From positions 11,955-75,954 of the forward strand of contig DATNBU010000041.1 of the NCBI GenBank assembly GCA_035571835.1: a stretch of 64,000 nt of DNA, read 5' to 3'. This document shows positions 17,332 to 26,505 of this stretch, in pieces. A program made the position numbers and the translations under genes. The notes under the pieces are model-generated. The model did no database searches and had not been told where the DNA came from. It was given only the letters and a program-made list of their open reading frames with translations. The first letter of the stretch is position 1. Each line of letters starts with the position of its first letter. The DNA comes from Candidatus Limnocylindrales bacterium (GTDB lineage: Bacteria; Desulfobacterota; Binatia; UBA1149; CAITLU01).

Positions 17332-18447
17332 GTGACGGGAGTGGATATCTCGAAGGCTGCCGTGCTGTCGCGAAGCGAAGCCGCGGCTTCGAGCGCGTCG
17401 TGGCGGAGCGCGGTTGCCGCCGGGCGCGGCTTCATCGCTTCGGGACTCTACGACAGCGTCTTCTTCCTGCTGGCACCGGTGATCGCGCTCGCGATCGTTG
17501 CCGTGGTCGCGGTGCTGCCGCCGGCGAAGGGGATTCCCGCTGTGTTCCGCGAGCCGGCCGGGCCGGCGATCTTCGTGATGCTGGTCCTTTCGCAGGCGCA
17601 CGCGGTCGCGGTGTTCTTTCGAAGCCACGGCAATCGCGCGATCTTCGTGCGTCACCGCTTCGCATTCGTGGTCGTGCCGGTCCTCCTTTTTGCCGGGCTC
17701 ATGACTTCGAACTGGGTGATGGCCGGTGCACTGGTGCTGGCTCCGTTCTGGGCCGTCTACCACCTCGGCATGCAGAGCTTCGGGCTCGGCCGCATGTACG
17801 ACGTGCGCTGGGGCAACTCGCCGGAGACGGGCCGCACGCTGGACTACTGGCTGCAGCAGCTCTTCAACCTCGCGCCGTTCCTTGCCGGTTGGAGCCTTCT
17901 GCCGCACCTGCAGTCGCTGCGGATCTTCGAACGCGTCGGCTGGCATGCGCCGGCGGCGTGGCTCGATGCGCATCGTTCGATCGAGGGTGCGCTCGCCGGC
18001 GTGTTCCTCGTGGCCGGACCGGTCTTCCTCGCGTACTACGTTTATTCGTACCGCAGGTTCATGCAGCAGGGCTACAGGCTCTGCCCGCAGAAGGTCGTGC
18101 TGCTGGCGACGACGGGCGTCGTCTCGGTGGTTTCCTGGGGATTCCTCACGTCGTGGAAGGCGGTGTTCGTGATGAACCTTTTCCACAGCGTGCAGTATTT
18201 CGCGCTGGTCTGGTGGGCCGAGCGCAAGAACCTCGGCCGCGTGAGCCGCCTGCAGCGCGTCTCGTTCGGCACGCCGGTCCTGCTCGTCGCGTTCCTCGTG
18301 ATCACGCTGTCGCTCGGAACTTTTCTCCAGGCGTACGGTCGCGACTACACGGTGATGCGCTGGACCGCGTCGCTCGCGCTCGTGATCTCGCTGATGCACT
18401 ACTGGTACGATGGATTCGTGTGGTCGGTGCGGCGCCGCGAGGTCTGA
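17332..18447 (+). CDS. polytopic integral membrane protein, hypothetical (GTG start)
   Basis: Multiple hydrophobic helices and high GC3. The overlapping alternative-frame ORF 17400.. was rejected over this interval. Confidence 0.55.
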   Translation: MTGVDISKAAVLSRSEAAASSASWRSAVAAGRGFIASGLYDSVFFLLAPVIALAIVAVVAVLPPAKGIPAVFREPAGPAIFVMLVLSQAHAVAVFFRSHGNRAIFVRHRFAFVVVPVLLFAGLMTSNWVMAGALVLAPFWAVYHLGMQSFGLGRMYDVRWGNSPETGRTLDYWLQQLFNLAPFLAGWSLLPHLQSLRIFERVGWHAPAAWLDAHRSIEGALAGVFLVAGPVFLAYYVYSYRRFMQQGYRLCPQKVVLLATTGVVSVVSWGFLTSWKAVFVMNLFHSVQYFALVWWAERKNLGRVSRLQRVSFGTPVLLVAFLVITLSLGTFLQAYGRDYTVMRWTASLALVISLMHYWYDGFVWSVRRREV

Positions 18448-18458
18448 CGCCGGGTCCC

Positions 18459-20117
18459 GTGGTCGGTGAGGCGTCGCGACGTCTGACGCCCAGTCCCGTG
18501 AAGCGGCGGTCCGCGGTCCTCGACCGTTTGTTCGCAATCGATAGCCGATCGCTCGCGGCATTCCGCATCGGGATCGGCACGCTCGTGCTTGCCGACCTGT
18601 GGACGCGCTTCTCCGCAATCGAGCAGCACTACACGGACTCCGGCGTCCTGTCGCGGGAAGCCTATGCGCGCCTGTTGCAGGTCAGCGGATGGCAGTGGTC
18701 GATTCACTTCTGGACCGGAAGCGTCGCCGGGCAGTCCGCACTGTTTCTTCTGACGGCTGCGGCGGCGTGCGCGCTGATCGCGGGGTACCGGACGCGCGCG
18801 GCGTCGGTCGTGACGTGGGCGCTCGTCGTTTCGCTCCAGGTGCGCAACCCGATGGTGCTCTACGGCGCCGACCAGCTGCTGCGTCTGATGCTGTTCTGGT
18901 CGATATTCGTCCCGCTCGGTGCGGCGTGGTCGCTCGATCGTCGTCGAGCTGCCGTCGCGAACAGCGGGACGACCCGCACCCGGGAAATCGGTGTCTGTCC
19001 CCGATTTTTGTCGGCGGCGACGGCAGCGCTGCTGCTGCAGCCGTGCGTGATGTACGTGTTTGCGGGGCTGCTCAAGTCGAATCCGTCGTGGCACTCGGGC
19101 GATGCGCTCGCGTATGCGCTGTCCGCCGAGACGTACGTGACGCCGCTCGGCCGCGTGCTCGCCGGTTTTCCGGGGCTCGTATCGATGCTCGGCTCCGCCG
19201 TGCCGTGGATCGAGATCTTCGCGCCGGTGCTGCTTCTGATGCCGTGGAAGACGACGGCGGCGCGCAGGATTGCGCTTCCGCTGCTCGTCGCGTTCCACGC
19301 AGCGATGGGCTCGGCGCTGCGCACGGGACTGTTCCAGCCGGTCGTCGTCGTCGCGCTCGTTCCGTTCGTCCCGGCAGACGTCTGGGACCGCGTTGGGCTC
19401 GGCTGCGGCGATGCCGGCGACGCGGCAGGGAAACAGGCTGCGTCGCGGACGTCACGGTGGGACTCGGCGCTCGTGCAGGCCGTCGTCGCTCTGCTGTTCG
19501 TCTACGGCATCGCGTGGAACGTCGTCGGCCTTGGCGTCGAAGAGTATGCGGCGCAGCAGAACCTCGGCTGGATGCGCGAGTGGTGGAGCCAGGGCCGCAC
19601 CGGCATCCCGTTGTCGTTCCGCGACTACGCGGTCGAACGAAGGATGGGCGGATTCGGCTGGATCGGTCGCGTCGCCGCGCTCTATCAGCGATGGGACATG
19701 TTCGAGCGCGTCGGACCGGAGATTCGCGGCTGGCCGGAAATCTCCGGCACGCTGACCGACGGGCAGAAGGTGAGCGTGCTCGATGATGGCGCTGCGCGCG
19801 GTGATCCGGGATCGCAATTCGCACCGCAGGAACCGCTCGCGTTCTATCCGGGCACGCGCTGGCTGGTCTACTTCACGTATCTGCGCACGTCGGGCACGCA
19901 GGCCGCAAGAGAGCTGCTGCCGGCAGTCGTCACGCGTGACTGGGAGCGGCGGCATCCGGGAAACAAGCTCGAGTCGCTGCAGGTGATGTTCGTTCAGCCA
20001 TCCGCCGCTGCCGGCGACTCGACCGCAGTTGCGGGTTCGACGCCGGCGAAGATCGAGGTCTGGTACGACGGGCCGGCGAACGGGCGCGGGCCGTCGAAAG
20101 CACGCAAGCCCGTCTGA
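18459..20117 (+). CDS. HTTM domain protein (vitamin K-dependent gamma-carboxylase-like transmembrane domain) with C-terminal extension
   Basis: N-terminal motif LDRLFAIDSRSLAAFRIGIGTLVLADLW is typical of HTTM proteins. The start is uncertain: GTG 18459 or GTG 18498. This is the downstream part of long ORF 17400..20117. Confidence 0.6.
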   Translation: MVGEASRRLTPSPVKRRSAVLDRLFAIDSRSLAAFRIGIGTLVLADLWTRFSAIEQHYTDSGVLSREAYARLLQVSGWQWSIHFWTGSVAGQSALFLLTAAAACALIAGYRTRAASVVTWALVVSLQVRNPMVLYGADQLLRLMLFWSIFVPLGAAWSLDRRRAAVANSGTTRTREIGVCPRFLSAATAALLLQPCVMYVFAGLLKSNPSWHSGDALAYALSAETYVTPLGRVLAGFPGLVSMLGSAVPWIEIFAPVLLLMPWKTTAARRIALPLLVAFHAAMGSALRTGLFQPVVVVALVPFVPADVWDRVGLGCGDAGDAAGKQAASRTSRWDSALVQAVVALLFVYGIAWNVVGLGVEEYAAQQNLGWMREWWSQGRTGIPLSFRDYAVERRMGGFGWIGRVAALYQRWDMFERVGPEIRGWPEISGTLTDGQKVSVLDDGAARGDPGSQFAPQEPLAFYPGTRWLVYFTYLRTSGTQAARELLPAVVTRDWERRHPGNKLESLQVMFVQPSAAAGDSTAVAGSTPAKIEVWYDGPANGRGPSKARKPV

Positions 20118-20136
20118 GCAAGGTGTCGCGCTGCGA

Positions 20137-20187
20137 GCGAACGCAGCGTGCACGGGTAAACAGCGAACGCAGCGTGCACGGGTAAAC
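20137..20187. repeat. tandem duplication of a ~26-nt unit (GCGAACGCAGCGTGCACGGGTAAACA) in a convergent intergenic region
   Basis: Two near-identical adjacent copies read in the sequence, between stops at 20117 (+) and 20219 (-). Confidence 0.6.
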
Positions 20188-20218
20188 GGGTGGAACGACG
20201 AGCTGCGCGAAGGACGAG

Positions 20219-20731
20219 CTACGACGCGACCGGCCCGGCAGACCCGCTCGAAGCGTCCACCGGCTGCGAGATCAGCTTGCGATACTGCACCCACATCGCG
20301 GCGCGCCAGCGCAGGATCATTCCGTATGCGAGCAGGAAGAAGACCGACGCCGTCTGCATCGGATTGATGAACGTCCCGATGTAGGCGCGCGCGCTCAGCC
20401 GGATGACGACGAGGCCGAGCAGGATCCACAGGAACGCGCGGCCGCGGCTCAGCATCACGAGGTCGCCGGTACGCGTCAGCTCGGTCGTCCTGATCAGCGG
20501 ATACGCGAGAAAGACCGCTCCCGAAACCAGCGCGCACAGTGCCCACGTGAAGGGGATGCGAAGCTGCGGCACCAGGAACATCGCAAGCCCGGTGCTCATG
20601 CCGAGCGGCGGGATGATGATCTTGCGCTCGGTGACCGGGCTGCGCGTTTCCTGGACACGCCATGCGAGGATGACCGCCGCGCCCACGACGGCGGCAACGG
20701 TTCCGATCAGCAGCTCGGGATGCATCAGCAA
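20219..20731 (-). CDS. small membrane protein (CcdC/DUF1453-like, four predicted helices)
   Basis: 170-aa hydrophobic ORF. The family assignment is tentative. Confidence 0.5.
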   Translation of the reverse strand: MLMHPELLIGTVAAVVGAAVILAWRVQETRSPVTERKIIIPPLGMSTGLAMFLVPQLRIPFTWALCALVSGAVFLAYPLIRTTELTRTGDLVMLSRGRAFLWILLGLVVIRLSARAYIGTFINPMQTASVFFLLAYGMILRWRAAMWVQYRKLISQPVDASSGSAGPVAS

Positions 20732-20848
20732 TGGCTATGCGGCCGAAAGCGAGCGGCTGCAACCGAACGGGTACCGGATCGCTCTGTTCATGCGCCGACA
20801 CGATGCGCTCGAGGCTCATTGCTTACTGCCCGGATCGGGCTAAGCTCG

Positions 20849-21712
20849 ATGCCTATGCCGCGCCGGAGCCATGCGTTACGCCTCCTGGCGCTCGCCGTCG
20901 CGGCCGCAATCCTGCTGCCTCGCGACGGCTTCAGTCAGACAACCTCCGCTCTCAGCTTTCTGCGCGACGGCAAGTCCCGTTCGATCGAGCGCGCAGAGCT
21001 GGCGAAGCTTTGCGGCGTGAGAAAGATCTCGATCGAGGATCCTCACTATGGTCGCGTCAAGAATTATCTTGCGTGTCCGATGCTGGACGTCCTTCGGCAG
21101 GGATTCGCAATCACCGGCAGCGATCTCGCGGGCTTCGACGTCGTCTTTCGCGCCAGTGACGGCTACGCAAAGCCGAGCCCGGGTACGCTGCTGACCGAAG
21201 ACGGAGGCTGGCTGACGTTTACCGATGCCGATCGCGGAACGCTCGAGAAACCGGCGTGGGATCCGATCGACCGCCGCCAGGTCGATCCCGCGCCATTCTA
21301 CGTCGTGTGGTCCGGCGAGCCGCAGCGCGATACGCAGCGCTATCCGTGGCCTTACCAGCTGGTCGAGATCGAGCTGACGTCTCTCGAGAAAACCTACCCG
21401 CACATCGTGCCGAGCGGAGCGGCAGCCGGCTCACCGGCGAGGGCCGGCTACGACATCTTCAAGAGCGAGTGCATTGCCTGCCACTCGATCAACGGCGAAG
21501 GCGGAAAGGTCGGTCCCGACCTCAACGTTCCGCGCAGCATCGTCGAGTACCGCCCCGAAGCGCAGATCAAAGAGTACATCCGCAACCCGCTGAGCTTTCG
21601 TTACACGAGCATGCCCGCGCATGAACAGCTCAGCGCCGCGCAGCTCGACGCGCTGGTCGCGTACTTCCGCCAGATGAGCCTGAGCAAGCACGACCCCGGG
21701 AAGCCGCAGTGA
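20849..21712 (+). CDS. periplasmic protein with C-terminal mono-heme cytochrome c domain (CIACH)
   Basis: Start MPMPRRSHALRLLALAVAAAILL has a signal-like N-terminus. The C-terminal domain carries one heme-binding motif and an ...SMPAHE Met-ligand-like region. Confidence 0.65.
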   Translation: MPMPRRSHALRLLALAVAAAILLPRDGFSQTTSALSFLRDGKSRSIERAELAKLCGVRKISIEDPHYGRVKNYLACPMLDVLRQGFAITGSDLAGFDVVFRASDGYAKPSPGTLLTEDGGWLTFTDADRGTLEKPAWDPIDRRQVDPAPFYVVWSGEPQRDTQRYPWPYQLVEIELTSLEKTYPHIVPSGAAAGSPARAGYDIFKSECIACHSINGEGGKVGPDLNVPRSIVEYRPEAQIKEYIRNPLSFRYTSMPAHEQLSAAQLDALVAYFRQMSLSKHDPGKPQ

Positions 21713-22956
21713 GGAGCGATCGGATTCCAGGGCGCAACGCCGTCGCAGGCCGGCTCCTTTATCTCGGAGCGCGCCCGCTGGGCACGCAGCACGGCGAGTT
21801 CGTCGCGCACGTCGCACGCAATCTCGCGAGCGGCGCCGTCGCGTTCGCGATCACTCGCGGCGACTGTCGCTCGTCCGCGCCGCTGCTCGCGCGTGTTCAC
21901 TCTTCGTGCGTTACCAGCGAGACCTTCGGAGGCTGCGACTGCGACTGCGTCGAGCAGCTCGATGCCGCGCTCGCGCAGATCGCTGCGGCCGGACGCGGTG
22001 TGGTCTTCTATCTGCTTCAGGAAGGGCGCGGCGCCGGCCTCGTGGCCAAGGCGCGCGACCGCATGATCGTGCAGGCCAGCGGCCACCGCATGACCACGTT
22101 CGAAGCGTACGCGCGCATGGGTCTCGACCACGACCTCCGCCGTTATGAAGAAGTCGGCGCGCTGTGCCGCCTGCTCGGCGTGCGTGCGCCGCTTACGATC
22201 CTGACCAACAACTCCGACAAGCTGTCTGCGCTCGAGGCCGAAGCCGGAGTCGAGATCGGCGGCTCGGAGGTGCTCGCGCGTCCGGCGTCGCCGTACAACC
22301 AGCATTACATCGGCTCGAAGTCGCGATCCGGCCATCAGCTCGAGGATCCGGTCGGACAGGCGCGGGCCGTGCTTCCCGAGCCCGTCACGGCGTTCGAGCC
22401 GCATCCGCTGCCGCAGGATCCGCGCTTCATCCTGGTCGCGTCGTACTTTCTGCCCGTACGGCCGGTCGATCGTGACCATGCCGTCGAGCCCGTGTGGTTC
22501 CGCCTTCACGTGTACTTCGACCAGGCCATCGGCGCGGAGCGCGTGGTGCTCACGTACGGAGACGCCGATTCGACCAGTCCGCTGGTCCGCATCCAGCGCG
22601 AGTCGCTGCTCGAACGATTTCCTCTCGCGAACGGCGGCACGAGCAAGCGGCTCTGGCATGCGTCGGTGCGCCAGATGGTTCGCCACGGCGCGGGCGTTGC
22701 GACGTTCGTGTCGCCCGACGGCTTCGACGCCGACCTCAGGGAAATGCCCGGCGACGCCGCGCCTTGTGCACGGCTTCTTTCTCATCACGTGCGCGGCGGG
22801 CAGATCTGTCCGATCGTGTTCGACGGCGAGCCGGATCCGGCCGACATCGCTGCGCTCGTGCAATCGGGCATCAACCGGGGCGAACCGTTCGTGGCGCGGC
22901 AGGCGAACGGCAGCGCGGATCATGAGCCTTATTCGGCCCGCGCACGCCTGACCTGA
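21709..22956 (+). CDS. GTP cyclohydrolase II (RibA) family protein with ~170-aa C-terminal extension
   Basis: ARVHSSCVTSETFGGCDCDCVEQLDAALAQIAAAGRGVVFYLLQEGRGAGL aligns with RibA [51 protein letters not shown], including the Zn ligands (C, CxC) and the catalytic Tyr. TNNSDK and NQHYIGSKS match RibA TNNPKK and NEHYLDTKA. The start overlaps the upstream stop (ATGA). Confidence 0.75.
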   Translation: MRSDRIPGRNAVAGRLLYLGARPLGTQHGEFVAHVARNLASGAVAFAITRGDCRSSAPLLARVHSSCVTSETFGGCDCDCVEQLDAALAQIAAAGRGVVFYLLQEGRGAGLVAKARDRMIVQASGHRMTTFEAYARMGLDHDLRRYEEVGALCRLLGVRAPLTILTNNSDKLSALEAEAGVEIGGSEVLARPASPYNQHYIGSKSRSGHQLEDPVGQARAVLPEPVTAFEPHPLPQDPRFILVASYFLPVRPVDRDHAVEPVWFRLHVYFDQAIGAERVVLTYGDADSTSPLVRIQRESLLERFPLANGGTSKRLWHASVRQMVRHGAGVATFVSPDGFDADLREMPGDAAPCARLLSHHVRGGQICPIVFDGEPDPADIAALVQSGINRGEPFVARQANGSADHEPYSARARLT

Positions 22957-22962
22957 CCTCCG

Positions 22963-24933
22963 ATGAACAATCGGGGACAGACACCGATTTCCGGGCAGAA
23001 GCCGCCGGCTGACTCATCGCGCGGAGACTGGACCGCGGGATTCAAACTTCTCCAGGCCCGCAACGCAGCCATCCCGGAGCTTCTGCGCATCGCGCTCACG
23101 TCGCCGGTCGATGAAGAAAAGATTGTGCGCTCGATCGCTCGCGGAGGCGTCGTCACGACCGGCGCCGGAAGCTCGGGCGCGCATGCCCGCTTTCTGGCGA
23201 GCGTGCTCCGCGAGCTCGGCGTTGCGGCGCGCTTCGCACCGCTCAGCGCATTTCTGGAGGCGCCTTCGCGTGCGGCGGCGGATCAGACTCTGGTCGTGTT
23301 CTCGCAAGGTCTTTCGCCGAACGCGCGGCTCGCGCTCGAACACGCGCAGCGCTGGCATGCCGTGTGGCTGGCGACAGCTTCGGGAAGCGACGTCGACGGC
23401 GCCGAGGCTCCACCGGGCGGCGACGGCGATGCGCGTCGCCGCGCACTCGACGATGCCATCGCTGCCGGCGTACATCTGCTGACGTATCCTGGCGCCAATG
23501 AATACGGCACGCTGCTTCGCATCGTCGGGCCGATGCTCGGATACGCCGTGGCGCTGCACTTCGCCGCGGCTGCTGCAGGACGATCCGGTTCGAGCCTGCC
23601 GTGGCGCGCGGTTGCGGCAGACGAGATCTGCCGCGCCGTGGCTGCAGCGAGCGACAAGCTCCATGAGCACGCCGGTGATCTTGCCGCCTGCGAGCTCGAG
23701 GGTACCCTCATCCTGCTTGCCAGCGGCACGCACGGTGAGCGGCTCGAGAATCTTCGCCTCAAGTTCCTCGAAGGAACCCTGCGTCCCGCGCCACCGGTAT
23801 GGGACGTGCTCGATGTGGCTCACGGACCGTACCAGCAGATGTTCGCCGGCCGCGCCACGCTGATCGCCCTCGCGCGCGCGGATGCCGGCAGCGAGAACGA
23901 GCTGCTCGCGCGCGTGTCGACGATGCTCGACCCGGATCGTCACCGCTTGATCCGCCTTCGCGCGGAGCTCCCGGGTCCGCTCGCGATCTTCGAGCACGAA
24001 GCGCTGATGAACGAGCTCCTTCTGCGCTACATCTGCGAACGGAGGATCGATCCGTGCGACTGGCCGGGCAGGGCAGCGGACGATCCGCTGTACGGCATCT
24101 CGGCGGATCGCATCGCGCCCGATGCATCGACGGAGCCGGCCTCAACGGCGAACGGCGCTGCGACCGGACGGACGGCCCGCCGCAACAGTCGACTGGAAGA
24201 GCTCACGTGGCCCGAGCTCGACAGCTTCCTCGCGGCCGGCGGTCGTACGGCGATCCTGCCGCTCGGATCGATCGAGCAGCACGGTCCGCATCTTCCGTTC
24301 GCGACCGATGCGTGGATCGCGGGCGAGCTCGCCCATCGCCTCGCATCGCGTCTGCCCGAGACGATCGAGCTTCCGGTGCTCGCTCTCGGCTGTGCGTCCG
24401 AGCATCTCGGCTTCCCGGGCACGCTCAGTCTTGGCGACGACACGCTTGCGAGCGTGCTTTGCGATCTGGCGGCATGCGTGGCGCGCCACGGGTTCGCGCG
24501 GTTGTTCGTATTCTCGGCGCACGGCGGCAACCGCGACGCGCTCGCGAACGCGCTTCCACGAATGCGCGCCGCTGCGGGCGGTCTGGAAATCCTCGCGGCG
24601 GCGGGGCTCGGCGCGTCGATGGAGCTGTTCCACGCCGAGAGCGCCCGCCACGCCGTCGGACCGGATGCGTCCGGGCATCACGCCGGCGAATTCGAGACGT
24701 CGATCGTCATGGCGATCGCGCCGCAGGCCGTGCGGGCTTCTCGAATCGCGCCCGGGCTTGCTGCCGGAGCCCGAGACCTCGACGGTGTCTTTTATCCGGA
24801 CCTTCGCGCCAATTCGCCAAGCGGAACCGTCGGAGATCCGAGCGGCGCGTCGGGCTCGCGCGCCGAGGCGTATCTGGAAGCGTGGGTCGAAAGCCTTCTC
24901 GAGATCTATCGCCGCGACGTCAGCTGGAAGTAG
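22963..24933 (+). CDS. fusion protein: N-terminal tandem SIS-like sugar-phosphate-binding domains plus C-terminal creatininase/ArfB-family amidohydrolase
   Basis: N-terminal region has VVTTGAGSSGAHARF and VVFSQGLSPNA, matching the SIS GxGSS and SQSGET motifs. C-terminal region LPLGSIEQHGPHLPFATD...ASEHLGFPGTL...FSAHGGN is the creatininase-family signature. Confidence 0.7.
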   Translation: MNNRGQTPISGQKPPADSSRGDWTAGFKLLQARNAAIPELLRIALTSPVDEEKIVRSIARGGVVTTGAGSSGAHARFLASVLRELGVAARFAPLSAFLEAPSRAAADQTLVVFSQGLSPNARLALEHAQRWHAVWLATASGSDVDGAEAPPGGDGDARRRALDDAIAAGVHLLTYPGANEYGTLLRIVGPMLGYAVALHFAAAAAGRSGSSLPWRAVAADEICRAVAAASDKLHEHAGDLAACELEGTLILLASGTHGERLENLRLKFLEGTLRPAPPVWDVLDVAHGPYQQMFAGRATLIALARADAGSENELLARVSTMLDPDRHRLIRLRAELPGPLAIFEHEALMNELLLRYICERRIDPCDWPGRAADDPLYGISADRIAPDASTEPASTANGAATGRTARRNSRLEELTWPELDSFLAAGGRTAILPLGSIEQHGPHLPFATDAWIAGELAHRLASRLPETIELPVLALGCASEHLGFPGTLSLGDDTLASVLCDLAACVARHGFARLFVFSAHGGNRDALANALPRMRAAAGGLEILAAAGLGASMELFHAESARHAVGPDASGHHAGEFETSIVMAIAPQAVRASRIAPGLAAGARDLDGVFYPDLRANSPSGTVGDPSGASGSRAEAYLEAWVESLLEIYRRDVSWK

Positions 24934-25640
24934 ACGAACGGCAGATACAGCGAGTAGTAGAGCTGGTTGGGAATCACCCGCAGCGCCCAGCCGGCGTCGA
25001 GCGCGAAGACCATGATGAGCACGTCCGCCGTCGCCCACAGCGCGTAGTAGACCGCGGCATAGCCCGCCACTGCCTGGATTCGCCGCCGCAGCACGCGGTC
25101 GCGGCGATGGAAGCGGCGCGGAATGCCTTTCCCACAAAGCCACATCGCGACGCCGAGAAACGATAGCTCGTACACGAGCCATATCGTCTCGCCCGGAAGA
25201 TCCGCTCTTGCATGGTGCAGCGCCGTATCGACCGCGTACGCGAAGACCGGCACCACGAATGTCCACGCTGCCGACTCGGCGAGCGCACGCCCCGGCGTCC
25301 GTTCGGGCCGCGCGAGGTGCGCCATGAAAAAGATCAGCAGGTAAACGCGGAAGTCGCCGAGCAGCACGAAGGTCAGCAGAATCGCGGTGCCGAGCGGCGA
25401 GTCGCCGGCGCCGAGCCACTGCGTCAGCGGGCCCGTGGCGATCGGATCGAGAATCGTCTCCAGCGCGAAGGCTACGCTGTACGCGTAGAGGAAACGCCGC
25501 CACGCCTTGTCGCTTCGCGCGGACGCGCGCGCGCGACGCGACAGCAGCAGCCACGCGAGGAACACGAGCGGAACGACGCACAGCGCGTAGACGGACTGCA
25601 GATCGGATTTGTAGAAATCGTGGAAGGGGCTTGCCGACAT
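24906..25640 (-). CDS. integral membrane protein, hypothetical
   Basis: Hydrophobic 244-aa ORF. Its ATG immediately follows the TGA of the upstream desaturase-like gene (TGAATG). Confidence 0.55.
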   Translation of the reverse strand: MSASPFHDFYKSDLQSVYALCVVPLVFLAWLLLSRRARASARSDKAWRRFLYAYSVAFALETILDPIATGPLTQWLGAGDSPLGTAILLTFVLLGDFRVYLLIFFMAHLARPERTPGRALAESAAWTFVVPVFAYAVDTALHHARADLPGETIWLVYELSFLGVAMWLCGKGIPRRFHRRDRVLRRRIQAVAGYAAVYYALWATADVLIMVFALDAGWALRVIPNQLYYSLYLPFVYFQLTSRR

Positions 25641-26384
25641 TCAGCCTTCCGCGGCCCGATCGTCCGGCAAACGGCGTGGTGACGTCCTCACGCCGCCGCA
25701 ACGTGCATCGCGCCCGGCATCGTCGACCGGAACATGACCGACGGCATGCTCGATCCGTTCGAAGATGCCAAGGCGATCGAGCACCGGGTCGAGCAGGCCG
25801 GCAGTAATGCTGAACGCCTGGCGGTGCGTCGAATGGTGCCGGTCATGATGCGCCGGCGACAGAATCAGCCTTGTCCGCTGCAGGCAGCGCACCGCTGCGG
25901 CGGGCCGTTCCTGATGCGCCCACTTGTGGATCTGGTTGGTCGCGAAGGTCGCGAGCGCGAAGGCGAACGCGAGGCTCTGACCGACGAGCGCCGGAACTTC
26001 TTCGCCGTCGGCCGGCTCGCCGAAAACGAGGACGGCGGCCACGAACGGCACGAGCGCGAGGCAGTTGTTTCCGTTGACCTCGAAGAAGCCGTGGCGCGTG
26101 ATCGCACGCGGATCGACGTGGTGCTCGCGAAACGGATGGATGAACGCGCGGCCGATCAGCGGCGTATCGTCGCGAAAAAATGTGTCGCAGAACCAGTGGA
26201 CGATGCCGGAGACGACGTCGGCTGCGAGATATCCGAGAAGGGCTCCCGCGCACATCAGGAGCAGCTGCGGCGTCTCCCACGGCACGGACCAGAGCCGCGT
26301 CGCGAGCGCGCCTGCAACGGCCACGAATGCGGCGACCGAAGCTACCTCGAGCAGGCGGATCGGCAGTGGTCGATCGGAAGCCAT
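25641..26384 (-). CDS. CarF/TMEM189-like membrane desaturase family protein (His-rich motifs HWFCD, FREHHVDP, NQIHKWAH, HHDRHH)
   Basis: Histidine-box motifs read in the translation and consistent with the Kua/CarF plasmanylethanolamine-desaturase family. Confidence 0.55.
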   Translation of the reverse strand: MASDRPLPIRLLEVASVAAFVAVAGALATRLWSVPWETPQLLLMCAGALLGYLAADVVSGIVHWFCDTFFRDDTPLIGRAFIHPFREHHVDPRAITRHGFFEVNGNNCLALVPFVAAVLVFGEPADGEEVPALVGQSLAFAFALATFATNQIHKWAHQERPAAAVRCLQRTRLILSPAHHDRHHSTHRQAFSITAGLLDPVLDRLGIFERIEHAVGHVPVDDAGRDARCGGVRTSPRRLPDDRAAEG

Positions 26385-26505
26385 TGCGCGCTGTCAAAGT
26401 ATGGAAAGCCGTGCGGGATCGCGAGCGCTGCGCCGACGCTCCGTGCGAAGATCAAAATTCCGGACAGCACTTGAATCGCGCGCGGCACGCCCGCAGACTC
26501 GACGC

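Noticed and set aside
17400-18458. N-terminal 350 aa of the 905-aa ORF 17400..20117
   Set aside because: It overlaps the hydrophobic membrane-protein frame (17332..18447) and is R/G/A-rich junk. Only the downstream HTTM portion was kept.
21709-22956. Interpretation of the RibA paralog as a GTP cyclohydrolase III-type (FAPy-producing) enzyme
   Set aside because: The catalytic Tyr that is replaced in the Streptomyces GCH III-like paralog is conserved here (VVFYLLQEGRG aligns with [11 protein letters not shown]), so full GCH II chemistry is expected.
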